Below are positions 13,795 to 26,551 of a stretch of DNA of 64,000 nucleotides, one piece after another. Position numbers and translations under genes: made by a program. The notes under the pieces were generated by a model that did not search any database, was not told the DNA's origin, and was given only the letters and a program-made list of their open reading frames with translations. Source of the DNA: the human T2T-CHM13v2.0 reference genome, Homo sapiens. Positions within the stretch are counted from its first letter, which is position 1. Each line of letters starts with the position of its first letter. The DNA is taken from assembly GCF_009914755.1 (NCBI RefSeq), contig NC_060932.1; one strand, 5' to 3'.

Positions 13795-14163
13795 TGCTAT
13801 GGTTTGGCTTTGTGTCCCCACCCAAATCTCATCTTAAATTGTAATCCCTGTAATCCTCACGTGTCAAGGGCAGGACCTGGTGGGAGGTGATTAGATCATG
13901 GGAGTGGTTTCCCCTGTGCTGTTCTCGTGATAGTGAGTTCTCACGAGATCTGATGGTTTTATAAGTGTTTGAGATTTTTCTCCAAAGCACACTTGCTCTC
14001 TCTTGTCTGCTGCCGCGTAAGACGAGCCTCTTCGCCTTCTACCATGACTGTAAGTTTCCTGAGGCCTCCCCAGCCATGTGGAACTGTGAGTCAATTAAAC
14101 CTCTTTCCTTTATAAATTACCCAGTCTCTGATATGTCTTTATAGCAGTGTGAGAACTAATACA
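13795..14163 (+). mobile_element. THE1C/D-like solo LTR
   Basis: tgctatggtttggctttgtgtccccacccaaatctc...ctaataca. TSD aatag at 13790-13794 and 14164-14168. Confidence 0.9.
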
Positions 14164-14576
14164 AATAGGAAGCAAAGCAGAATTCTCAGCTCCAGCAGGG
14201 CCCAGTCCAATGGAGGAGGTGCATGTTAATCCATTAATCACACACATATGAAGTGATGGTTGGGGTGCTAGGGTGGGGTAGGATGTAGAGGAGTCAGGGC
14301 AATTCAGGAAGGCTTCCTGGAGGCAGTGATATTGGCTCTGAGACCTGAAATATGCACAAGAGTTTATAAAGTGAAGAGAATTTTAGGCAGAGGGAACTGT
14401 ATGCAAAGGCCTATGACAAAAGTGTATAGGAGATTGAAAGAGGTCTGGAGCGATTCAGAGAGGGCAAAACCAGGGAGCAGGGAAAGTGGGTGCCAGACTG
14501 CACAGGCCCCACAGGTCAGCTTGGGGATTTTGGTGTTTTTTGGAGGAGCAACAAGTGTATGGAAATCAACAATCAA

Positions 14577-14875
14577 GGCTGGGTGTGGAGGCTCACACCT
14601 GTAATCCCAGCACTTTGGGAGGCCGAGGCAGGCAGATCCCTTGAGGTCAGGAGTTGGAGACCAGCCTGGCTAACGCAGTGAAACCCCATCTGTACGAAAA
14701 AAATAAAAAAGTTAGCTGGGCATGGTGGCACGCGCCTGTAGCCCCAGCCTTGGGAGGCTGAGGTGGGAGAGTTACTCGAACCTGAGAGGTGCAGGTTGCA
14801 GTGAGCAGAGATTGTGCCACTGCACTCCAGCATGGGCGACAGAGACAGTGTCTCAAAAAAAAAAAAAAAACAAAA
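14577..14875 (+). mobile_element. Alu (old S/J)
   Basis: Full dimeric Alu with A tail. Confidence 0.93.
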
Positions 14876-15176
14876 TGTACAAGTAGAAACTGATGATTAC
14901 TTCAAGAAAGTAAGGGGATTTCTAATCTACCTTTATTGTATTTAATGTGTTTATTGCATCTCACTCACACTAGATTGTTAGGTCCATAAGAGTAGGGTCG
15001 GAACTGTCCTGTTTGTTGCCAAATCGCCATTGCCTAGAACAGGGCCTTACACCCTAACTGGTGCTCAATAAATGTTCCTCGAGTGCATGATAAAGAGATG
15101 TACAGGTAAATAGCATTCTCTCAGGGTCCAGAGTAGAAGAGATTACTCTGACTGACTGGTTGGAGAAGGTTGGATT

Positions 15177-15355
15177 CAGGACCAGCTTCGTGATTTTTGG
15201 GGCCCAGTAAAAATTGAAAATTCAACACTGCTATTTCAAAAATGGTTACAAATTTCAATTTGGTGACAGCAGAGCATTAAAGCATTAATTTGGAGTCCTT
15301 CCAAGTATGGAGGCCTGTGTGACTGCACAGGTCACAGGCCCCTGAAGCCACCCTG
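15177..15355 (-). mobile_element. MER45A (hAT-Tip100)
   Basis: caggaccagct...gacagcagagcattaaa...ctgtgtgactgcacaggtcaca...tgaagccaccctg. Degenerate 8-bp TSD gttggatt/gctggagt. Confidence 0.8.
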
Positions 15356-16074
15356 GCTGGAGTTGATTCTGGAAGGCGTCATAGGGGAGGAGGCATTGGA
15401 GCTGCTTCAAATCTGGGACTGGGAAAGGACATTCTCAGAGAAAGGAATAGAATAGCACAGGCAGGGGGTGGACAACTGCCCAGGGAGCATTGAGTCCTGA
15501 TTAAAGGCCAGGGGAAGTGGGTGGATATTTTCTTGTACTGTTTAAAAAAAATAAAAAAGGCAAGTCTCCCTCCTCTGAGCTCTATTTTGGGGTGGGTTTT
15601 ATTAATAACAGATGAGCCTGGGCTCTGGGGACCTCAGGAGTAATTCATCATTTTCATCAGGGCTTGATGAGGCCTCAGAACCATGCAGAAGCTCATCCTG
15701 AATCATTTCGGGGTTTTTTTTTTTTTTTCCTTTTTCTGCTTAGCAATTGAACAGGCGCCACCAGCAAGGAGGGCCTTTGCTCAAACACAAACCCTTGGCA
15801 CGATGCCCGCCGATGTCAGCAACTGTGCTGCCTGGCATCTGCTGTGGTGAGGTCAGAATGGAGCATGCTGCCTTGTGTTTGCATGCCAGCAAGGGGGTGA
15901 CAGACGCGATATTGGGTGGAAGAAAACATGCGCGGGCTATGCTGGTGGCAGAGTGAGGTCTGGGGGCTGGTATGAGAGGGAGACCGGTCAAAGAGGTGGC
16001 TTGTCAGGTTAAAGAGCGTGAGTACCACTGTAGGAGCTCTGCGAGGCTTGGCTGGTAAGAGTGACTTTGCACTT

Positions 16075-16822
<748 letters not shown>

Positions 16823-17315
16823 TCCACTCCAAATACCCTTTGCTTCAAAGGTATTAAAGATCATAAGTAATACCTGCATAGAGTATTGTACTTTGCAAAC
16901 TGATTCTGTACACCCTATCCCTTGACTCATTTGCTCAGCAGCTCTGTCAAGTAGATCGGGAGGAGACTTTATCTCCATTTTGCAGTTGGAGAAATTAAGA
17001 TACAACACATTTTAAGTGGCGGCAAAGGGCACATGTGAGGCTGTTAACAATATTTAAGGAAAAGACAGGAACTGGATGGCAGGAGAGAGAAGGGAGGAAA
17101 AGGAGGTAACAGAACTGGAGAAATGAGACTGGCCTCCGAGAAATGCTCCTGAATCAATGCTCACTGTTCAGGGATCACGTTCCTGTCTGCTTAGCCCTGT
17201 AGCCAACAATTCAACCTTTACTGAACATGTACTATAGGATGGGGTCTGTGCCAAGCCCATTACCTGTATCCTTTCAATTAATGCTCACATCATCCTGATG
17301 TTGTGGGTATTATCA

Positions 17316-17554
17316 CAGGTTAAGTATCCCTTATCCAAACAAAATGCCTGAGACCAGAAGCGTTTCATATTTTGGGTTTTTTTTTTTTTTTAATCTTGAA
17401 AATATTGCATTACACTTCCTGGTTCAGCATCCCTAATCTGAAAATCTGAAATTCTCCAAAATTTGAAACTGTGTGAGCACCAACATGATGCTCAACGGGA
17501 ATGCTCATCGGAACATTTGAAGTTTGGATTTCTAGGGTCGGGTTACTCAACCTG
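17316..17554. mobile_element. Tigger4a (MER46A) inserted in a MIR
   Basis: Terminal repeats caggttaagtatccc / gggttactcaacctg. MIR halves at ~17215-17315 and 17555-17670. Confidence 0.85.
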
Positions 17555-17901
17555 TATTCCCCATTTCCAGAGCAGGAACTGAGTGAGGCTCATGGAGGTG
17601 GTAAATGGAGATGCCAGGATTCATACCCATGTAGTCTAAATCTAAAGCTTCCACTCCATCTCTATGCCTTTCCTACTGCGGGCTGGGATGGAGGCAAAGG
17701 CTAGGGTCAATCCATGTCCTGTCAGGACCTACCGTGTTGAATGGCAGGGTGTGACTATGGATGGGCTACAGCTGGAATCCCATTCGGCAGGAAAGAGGAG
17801 CTGACCATTATAGAGGCATCTGTCAGATGGTTGGAAAAGAGGGTTATGAAAGAAAATGGGCTATAAAGTTGTTTTGAGAGGTAAGCCACAATGGTATAGA
17901 T

Positions 17902-18178
17902 CAGAGGTTAGCATCTTTTTTCTTTTAAAGGCCATATAGTCTCTGTTGCGACTACTCCACGTACAATACACAAAAGAATGAGCACGGCTGTGTTCCAAAA
18001 AGCTTTATCAATATCAAAATTTGAATTACATATACTTTTCATGTGTCACGAAATACCATTTTTCTTTTGATTTTTCCCCCAATTATTAAAACATGTAAAA
18101 ACCATGTTTGGCTCACAGGCTGTTCAAAACCAGGTGGCAGGCTGGATTTGACTGTGGGCTGTAGTTTGCAGACCCCTG
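17902..18178 (+). mobile_element. MER58B (hAT-Charlie)
   Basis: cagaggttagca...ggctgtagtttgcagacccctg. 8-bp TSD gtatagat/gtatagac. Confidence 0.85.
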
Positions 18179-18874
18179 GTATAGACTCAAGCTGGTGCTT
18201 GTTTGCTGAGACACACAAGGATTTAGGCTCATGGGAAGGATATGAGAGAATATGGTTAGGCATGAGAGTTTCCACTCAAAAAGTGACAAGAGCAAGAGCA
18301 AAAGGAGGCCGAGCGAGAAGCATGATTCCTGACGAGCACATTCTAACTAGTGAACCCCCCAAAGTTCTAGCATTTAGGATTGTGCCATAAATACAGAAAG
18401 GGGAAGACATGAAGGCTCTGCCTTAGGAACCCTGAGCCCAGTGTGCAGATAAATGCCCATTCCCAGAGCTTCTGCTGTCAACGGCACTCAAGTTCCTGTT
18501 GCCTCCTGAGGTGTCCATCAGCAGTGTGTGTTGAAGGCAGGATGGGGCCAGGTCCTTGAGCCAGCTGGAGGCTGTGGGGCTGGCGAGTCTTGCCTTTCCA
18601 GGGCATGGAAGGAGAGTGCTGGCAACAGCACCTATTGAGAGGCTGGGAGAAGGGCTGCGTGAATGAAGTATGGACAGATCAGAGAGGCGTGTGGGGCGTT
18701 TTGTGAGTGGGGTGTGTGGAGGGTGGGGAGTCGCAGGAACCTCACTGCTCTTGAGCAGGAAAAGTGGGAAGTGAGCCCATCCTCTCATTTTTCGATTGAT
18801 TCACTGCACTTTCTTTCCTGGAGTGGCTACTGTGCTAGGCCCTTTGGGGAGAGGAGGATGGAATAAGGTGGCTC

Positions 18875-19626
18875 CTCCCCAAACTGAAAACTATTCAAAT
18901 ATCCATTCACTGGAAAATGGGTAAACAAAATGTGATGTATTCTTTTGATGGGATACTATTCGGCACTAAAAATAAATGAACTACTGTTACCTGCTATGAC
19001 GTGGCTGAACCCCTAATATATAACGCTAAGTGAAAGATGCTAGATGCAAAAGATGACTACGTATTTATTGTACGATTGATTCCACTCATACAGAATGTCC
19101 AGAAATGGCAAATTTATAGTGTCAGAAAGCAGACCAGTAGTTGCTGACTGGGCGTGGTGGCTCATGCCTGTAATCCACTACTTTGGGTGGCTGAGGTGGG
19201 CAGATCACCTGACGTCAGGGGTTCGAGACCAGCCTGGCCAGCATGGTGAAACCCCGTCTCTACTAAAAATACAAAAAATTAGCCAGGCATGGTGGTGCAT
19301 GCCTGTAATCCTAGCTACTCAGGAGGTTGAGGCATGAGAATTGCTTGTCCGGGAGGCAGAGGTTGCAGTGAGCAGAGATCATGCCACTGTATTCCAGCCT
19401 GGGCAACAGAGCAAGACTCTGTTTCAAAAAAAAAAAGGTAATCGTTTAGGCCTGGAATTGGAAGTGGGAATTAACAAGGGAACTTTTTGAGGTGATGGAG
19501 ATGTTTTAAAACTGAATTGTGGTGAGAGCTGCACAAGTCTATAAATTTAATAAAAGTCATAGAAATGTATCCTTACAATGGTTGAATTTTATGGTATAGA
19601 AATTAGACCTCAATAAAGCTGTTAAA
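18875..19626 (+). mobile_element. L1MB/MC 3' region interrupted by an Alu
   Basis: aaatatccattcactggaaaatgggtaaacaaaatgtg...gaggtgatggagatgttttaaaactg...cctcaataaagctgttaaaa. Confidence 0.8.
19146..19436 (+). mobile_element. AluS
   Basis: Full Alu with A tail. Confidence 0.95.
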
Positions 19627-19664
19627 ACCACAAGAAAAAGAAAGAAACAAGCTAGCTCCTGCCT

Positions 19665-20199
<535 letters not shown>

Positions 20200-20379
20200 A
20201 AGGGCATGGCATTTGTTGAAGGTCACTGAAAATCTGAGCCCCGAGGGAAAAACCCTTTGCCACCACATCTCAGAGTTAATCTCTCCCTCCTAGCTGGCTT
20301 TCAGCCACCTACAGGGCAGGTTGACTTCGCAAATTCCCTTTGAGATGCAAAACCCAGCCGGCTGTCTTTGCCTCTCCCT

Positions 20380-20680
20380 TCCCACCAGCAAGCACACCGC
20401 TTCCCAGGGCAGACCCAGGGAACTCATCAGACATTCGAAGGCGGGAACTGCACATTTTTAACAATTGAGATGCCAAGAAAAAAAAGCCTGAAATTAAATC
20501 CAGCAATTAAGCTCTAATTGCGCAATTACTTCACCGTGTGGCTCAGTGCCAGGGTTGGGAGACTTGAGCCCACAAATGGTGTTTTTGTGCAAACTAGGGG
20601 AGGGGGAGGTGAAGGAGACAGGGCTAAGGAGGTGATATCCGGGGACCAGGAAACAAAAGCATTTAAAAATTAGACATCTT
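20380..20680. promoter_or_regulatory. Candidate enhancer-like non-repeat island
   Basis: Perfect palindrome TAATTGCGCAATTA at 20515-20528, additional AATTAA/CAATTA motifs, AACAAT at 20460, retained CpGs. Confidence 0.45.
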
Positions 20681-20825
20681 GCCAATGCCTTGGTGCCAGT
20701 CTTCTGACTGGCAGGGCCATGGGGTGGGCTGGGGTACTCGGGGGCTTTTTCAGGAGTAAAATCCATAAATATACTGAGTTTGTGGCTTTCTTTCAGCAAT
20801 TCCCTCTGGTCTGTCTTCTAGTGAG

Positions 20826-21760
20826 GTCATCTCTCTGTATGCCTGGGCTGGGTACCCCTCTGTTTAGGGTTTGGAGTGAGGAAGTCCTCTCTGTACGCCT
20901 GGGGTGGGTTCCCCTCTTTTTAAGGTTTGGGGTTGGGGAGTCCTCTCTGTATGCCTGTGGGGGGTGCCCCCCTGTTTAGGGTTTGGGGTGGGGTGGGGGA
21001 GTCCTCTCTGTATGCCTGTGGTGGCTGCCCCTCTGTTTAGACTTGGGGTGGGGGAGTCCTCTCTGTATGCCTGTGGTGGCTGCCCCTCTGTTTAGGCTTG
21101 GGGTGGGGGAGTCCTCTCTGTATGCCTGTGGTGGCTGCCCCTCTGTTTAGACTTGGGGTGGGGGAGTCCTCTCTGTATGCCTGAGATGGCTGCCCCTCTG
21201 TTTAGACTTGGGGTGGGGGAGTCCTCTCTGTATGCCTGTGGTGGGTGCCCCTCTGTTTAGACTTGGGGTGGGGAGGTCTTGTCTGCATGCCTGAGGTGGG
21301 TGCACCTCTGTTTAGGGTTTGGGGTGGGGGAGTCCTCTGTATGCCTGGGGTGGGTGCCCCCCTGTTTAGGATTTGGGGTGGGGGAGTCCTCTCTGCATGC
21401 CTGGGGTGGGTGCCCCTCTGTTTAGACTTGGGGTGGGGGAGTCCTGTCTGCATGCCTGCGGTGTTTAGGGTTTGGGGTGGGGAGTCCTCTGCATGCCTGG
21501 GGTGGGTGCCCCCCTGTTTAGGGCTTGGGGTGGGGGAGTCCTCTGCATGCCTGGGGTGGGTGCCCCCGTGTTTAGGGCTTGGGGTGGGAAGTCCTCTCTG
21601 CAGCCTGGGGTGGGTGTTAGTTTCCTCATCTGCAAAATGGATATAATAGTAATATGTACCTCAGCCCCTCTGTTTTGGCTTGGGGTGGGATTGTCCCCTC
21701 TCTGCATGCCTGGGGTGGGTGCCCCTCTGTTTAGGCTTGGGGAGGGGAGTCCTTTTCTGT
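20826..21760. repeat. G-rich VNTR, ~55-bp unit, about 16-17 copies
   Basis: Unit gtcctctctgtatgcctg(t/g)ggtgg(c/g)tgcccctctgtttag(a/g)cttggggtggggga. Exact 55-bp period at 21001, 21056, 21111, 21166 and 21221. Confidence 0.97.
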
Positions 21761-22177
21761 AGACCTAGAGTCTTGGAGCTTTATGGTTGGTGGTGGGTCC
21801 GGGAGCTGTGTCCAGACTTCCAGAGCATGTAGAAGAAGAGAGTGCCCAGAGAGCATCTAGAGAGCTGGGAGGGGCTTGCATCGGTTGTTCTGCTTGGTGG
21901 ATCCATATTTGTGTTCTGAGAAGATTTGGGAGATGAGAAGCTGCTGTTCCACCATTTCAGTCGGTGGATTCCATGGGGAGTGTTGAGAACAGCTTCTCTG
22001 CCTGTCATTCATTCACTCAACTTGTACATTTCTCTCACTTGCTAATTCTTCAACTAGTATTTATGGAGCATCTAATTTGTACAAGGTACTCTGCTTGGCT
22101 TTATGGGAGAAAACAAAGATTGAACATGGCTCTTGCTTTCAAGGAGTATGGAGAGAAGACATGTGTAGGATGATCTG

Positions 22178-22430
22178 GAAGTTACTGAGCACCTACTACG
22201 TGCCAAATGCTACTGTGGCACTTTACACAGGTTCTTGTTGAATCCCATAACGTCCCACTGAGGTAGAAATTACTATCATTTCCATTTTGGAGATGAGGAT
22301 ACTGGCACTTGGGAGAGGTCATAATGCCTCCCTCCCTAAGGTTGTCAAGGTCACATAGTAAGTCAGTCTGGGAGATCTGGGACTGACTGGAGTCCAGCTG
22401 AGTTTTGATTCTGAAGCCAGTGACTTCTTC
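22178..22430 (-). mobile_element. MIR SINE
   Basis: ttactgagcacctactacgtgcc...tccattttggagatgagga...caaggtcacatag. Confidence 0.8.
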
Positions 22431-23044
22431 ATGCCCTCAAGGTAGAAAGCGGTTTGTTTCCCAAAACAACAAAAGCATGGCTGTGCCCTCTCTCTCCCTC
22501 CTCTCAATGGAAGACCAAAAGTGAAATGGGGAAAACAAAGCGGGCATGGTACTGATGTTGTCACCAGGAACCATGGCAGGTTTGGCCATTCTGGCAGAAT
22601 CCTTGGCACCTTTCTCGGCTGAGCAGCTGGCACGACAGCCACAGGGTATTCTGGGCTCGCACCAGCTGAGCTCCTGCCACGTCATACAAGTGCCAAAATC
22701 ACACTCCAGTGAGTTGCCAAAGATAAAGAATTGCTTGGGAGGGAAATTCCATATTCTATGTTGCAGCCAACACAAAAGCTCCGGAACTCTAGCTGTGAAA
22801 GAAATCACACGCAGGCATAAGAACCTCCTGCACTGTGCATGAGAAGCTTTCAGACCAGAGCCACAGGAGGGAAGTGGAGGGGGACAATGTGAATTGCAGT
22901 CTCCCCTGTGATCATCTGGCCTCCTGAGACTTTTCCAGCCTAATCTGCTGCTGCTTCTCCAGATGCAGTTGATGTTTAGCTGCAAGTGATGCATCCCCCC
23001 ACCCCCCACCTGTGAGCTGGTGAGATCATGGGCATTCTGCCCTC

Positions 23045-23286
23045 ATACAGAGGGATTAATGCCTCTGTAAAAGAGACCCCGGGGAGCTAGTTAGCCCTTT
23101 TCACCATGAGAGGACACAACAAGAAAGCACCATCTATGAACCAGAAAGTGTGCCCCCATCAGACATCAAATTGCTGGCATCTTGGTCTTGGACTTCCCAG
23201 GCTCTGGAACCGTGAGAAATAAATTTCCATTGTTTATAAGCCACCCAGTTTATGGTATTTCCTTATAGCAGCCCAAATAGACAAAG
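23045..23286 (+). mobile_element. MLT1A-like LTR 3' part
   Basis: gggattaatgcctctgtaaaagagacccc...ggacttcccag...gtgagaaataaattt...ttataagccacccagtttatggtattt. Confidence 0.75.
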
Positions 23287-23374
23287 AATGGTGAAACAAT
23301 TAGCTGCCATTTTGCAATTAATAAAGGATTATCAATAGATGAAACCAGTCAGTTGATGAAAAATTTGCATCTTT

Positions 23375-23663
23375 GGCAGGGCACAGTGGCTCACACTTGT
23401 AATCCCAGCACTCTGGGAGGCTGAGGCAGGCAGATCACGAGGTCAGTATTTCAAAACCAGTTTGGCCAAAATAGTGAAACCCCGTCTCTACTAAAAATAC
23501 AAAAATTAGCTGGACATGGTATCATGTGCCTGTAGTCCCTACTACTCAGAAGGCTGAGGCAGGAGAATTGCTTGAACCCAGGAGGCAGAGGTTGCAGTGA
23601 GCCAACCACTGCACTCCAGCCTGGGCAACAGAGTGAGATTCCCTCTCAAAAAAAAAAAAAAAA
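23375..23663 (+). mobile_element. AluS
   Basis: Full Alu. TSD-like aaatt(t)gcat on both sides. Confidence 0.95.
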
Positions 23664-23797
23664 TTGCATTTTTGTTTGAAAATTTTGTAGACTGCCACCA
23701 ACTGGACTCACTTGAAAAATATTCCACAAAAGCTCCACTGTGCCCATCAGCATACTCTTTGGCACCTTGCTTGAATGTTTTTCTGGGTAAGCACAAA

Positions 23798-23846
23798 TAG
23801 ATCTACATTATACTTTAAAAAAATTTTTAGATCTACATTATACTTT
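23798..23846. repeat. Short duplication, 30-bp period
   Basis: tagatctacattatacttt at 23798 and 23828. Confidence 0.85.
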
Positions 23847-24229
23847 TATTGGCTGCCTAATATTTCATAAAATAGATGTACCAAAATTGATTTATCTCGT
23901 TTCATAGTAATCAATATATAGATTATTTCCAATGTTTTATAAATAATGCGATGAGAAGGCATATTAGATTTTTATATCTCTGTGGTTCTAGACGTGGGCT
24001 TCCTGTATCTCTAGAAGTCTTTAAAACAAGTAATGACCAGTCCTCCTACATGGTTTTGCTGATCATCTAAAGTACTTATTTATTTATTATTATTATTTTT
24101 TACGTTTAGCTCAGATTGGACAACTTCAAGAAGACACCCCTGGTTATCTCACAGTTGTCAAGATAATAAAATAAATATTGGCCTGGTTATGGTCAAACCA
24201 GAAGTGATTGGGCTGAGTTTTCATATGTT

Positions 24230-24632
24230 GAAGAGAAAAGCTATTCATGACAGTTGCTAAAGGTGGAAAGAAGACTTTATTCAAGAGGGACAGTTGCAGT
24301 GGGGGTTTTTCAGTAGGGGAAAGAAATCAGGCTCAACTCAGAATACAACAAGGACAAGTGGAGATTTATAGTCAACAGGGTGGAAGAGGTCGGTGGATGG
24401 AACATTACTATGAGGAAATATTAAAGCTAGGGAGACTCTTGCTATAATAATTCAACAGGGTTCTTGCTGAAGGCAGGCCAGGGTGATAAGATATCAGGCA
24501 GGTGATGTTCACTAAACTGACCCAGCAGGATTCTTGCTAAAACTGGACTAAGTAGGCCAAGGAAAGGGCCCAAGTTTGGGGCCTAGTTGAGAGAGCGCTG
24601 AGTCAGTTTTGTCAGGGAGAGGATCCTTGTCA
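24230..24632 (-). mobile_element. ERV LTR-like element, family uncertain
   Basis: gactttattca poly(A)-signal region in reverse, internal repeat ttcttgct(g/a)aa, ends ...tgtca. Confidence 0.45.
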
Positions 24633-24774
24633 CGTGCTCAGCTTCCATGCCTGTGGTAATGTCCCAGCCCTGCTCAGAAGCTTTCAGTGACTCCACACTG
24701 ATCTAGGGTGAAGTTTTCCCCTGCCTCCTTCCTTCTTGAGCATCTCCTCTGTGCCAAGTTGAGTAGTAGAGCTG

Positions 24775-25148
24775 TGATATGGTTTGGCTGTGTCCCCATC
24801 CAAATCTCATCTTGAATTGTAATCCACATTTTCCCCATGTGTTGAGGGAGGAACCTGGTGGGAGGTGATTGGATCATGGGGGCAGTTTCTGCCATGCTGT
24901 TCTCGTGATAGTGAGTTTTCAAGAGATCTGATGGTTTTATTAGGAGCTCTTCCCGCTTCGCTCATTCATACTCTCTCACCTGCTGCTATGTAAAACCTGC
25001 CTTTGCTTCTCTCTTGCCTTCTGCCATGATCATAGTTTCCTGAGGCCTCCCTAGCCATGCAGAACTGTGAGTCAATTAAACCTCTTCCCTTTATAAATTA
25101 CCCAGTCTAGGGTATGTCTTTACAGTAGTGTGAGAACACACTAATACA
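24775..25148 (+). mobile_element. THE1C/D-like solo LTR
   Basis: tgatatggtttggctgtgtcccca...ctaataca. TSD agctg at 24770-24774 and 25149-25153. Confidence 0.9.
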
Positions 25149-25541
25149 AGCTGAATACACAAGTTGCCTCCAGAAGCTGATGGTCTAGCAAGGGAAACAG
25201 CCATTCCAACAGCAGATTAAAGCCTTATAATTAAATAATAATGTGGTAACTTGTGAGAAGTGCTTAGAATAGTGCCTGACACATAACAAGTACTCAATAA
25301 ATATGGCTTTTCTTAATACTGCTGTTGTCTATCACGTGGCCTTCTATCATGAGGTTTTATCTGACCCCTGATCCACTCCTACTATCACCCGTTAGACATC
25401 CAGGTTGAATCCTCCTTTTCTATAAGGTATTTCTAATTATCTTCAAATTTCTTCCTTTAAATCCTTAGCATTTTGTTTAGTCTGTCTTGTAACTCTTAGA
25501 GCTTTCTACTTGGAATTATGATGACATTTTTTTATTCCCTC

Positions 25542-25698
25542 TTTTTTTTTTTTCTTTTTTCTTTCTTTCTTTCTTTTTTTTTTTTTTTTTTTTTTGAGAC
25601 AGAGTCTCACTCTGTCGCCCAGGCTGGAGTGCACTGGCGCAATCTCGGCTCGCTGCAACCTCCGCCTCCTAGGTTCAAGCGATTCTTCTGCCTCAGCC
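25542..25698 (-). mobile_element. 5'-truncated AluS
   Basis: T-rich tail plus ~103 bp of right arm. TSD ccctcttt. Confidence 0.9.
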
Positions 25699-25743
<45 letters not shown>

Positions 25744-25746
<3 letters not shown>

Positions 25747-26026
25747 ACAGGGTCTCACTCTGTTGCCCAGGTGGGAGTGAAGTGGCACAATCATAGCTCA
25801 TTGCAGCATTGAACTCCTGGGCTCAGATGATCTTTCCACCTCAGCCTCCCAAGTAGTTGGGACTTTAGGCATGCTCTGCCACGCCTGGCTATTATTGATG
25901 TATTTATTTTTAGAGATGAGGTCTCACTGTGTTGCCCAGACTGGTCTCGAACTCTTGGCCTCAAGCCATCCTCCTTTCTCAGCCTCTACAGTAGCTGGGA
26001 TTTCAGGTACATGCCACTGTGCCCTG
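25744..26026 (-). mobile_element. AluJ preceded by A37 instead of a T tail
   Basis: gagacagggtctcactctgttgcccagg...gaactcctgggctca. TSD-like ttattccct..ttaaaa at both ends. Confidence 0.9.
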
Positions 26027-26314
26027 CTTATTCCCTTTAAAATACGGTAACCACAGGGAAGGAGGGATTCTTCCCTGCTAATATTTGTCTGTCCAGTCTC
26101 TGGCGCTGAGCTTGGTGCATGAAACCCCTAACATTTATTAGGCATTGTGGAAAGTACTTCCCGTGTATTGTCTCAGAAACAACACAGTGTCCCGACAAAA
26201 ACTTGAGAGTCAAGTGGCCCACAGCGGGCAAGTTGCTTATTTTCTCTTAGGTTTCTCATCTGTAAAGTGGGAATAATATTAGTACCCCCTTGTAGGATGA
26301 TTATAATGTCTTGT

Positions 26315-26551
26315 GGCTACAAGCCAAGGAATGCCAGGAATTCCTGGAAGCCAATAGAATGTCCTATCCCTGCTCGGAAGCTAGAAGAGGCAAGAAAGAA
26401 TTCTTCATTAGGACCTTTGGAGAGAGCATGGCCCCGGTAACACCTTGATTTCAGACTTCTGGCCTCCAGAACTGTGAGAGGATAAACTTCCATTGTCTTA
26501 GACACCCAGTTCGTGGTTAATTTGCTACAGCAGCCCCAGGAAACTAATACA
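26315..26551 (+). mobile_element. MLT1C-like LTR 3' part
   Basis: caagccaaggaatgcc...caccttgatttcagacttctggcctccagaactgtgaga...ggaaactaataca. Confidence 0.85.

Noticed and set aside
20826-21760. CRISPR-like array or coding repeat (ORFs such as 21245-21646)
   Set aside because: Units are head-to-tail with no unique spacers. The 55-bp period is not a multiple of three, so the ORFs are by-products.
22437-23009. 190-aa minus-strand ORF
   Set aside because: Non-ATG start, no recognisable domain, and overlapping ORFs in other frames are equally unconvincing.
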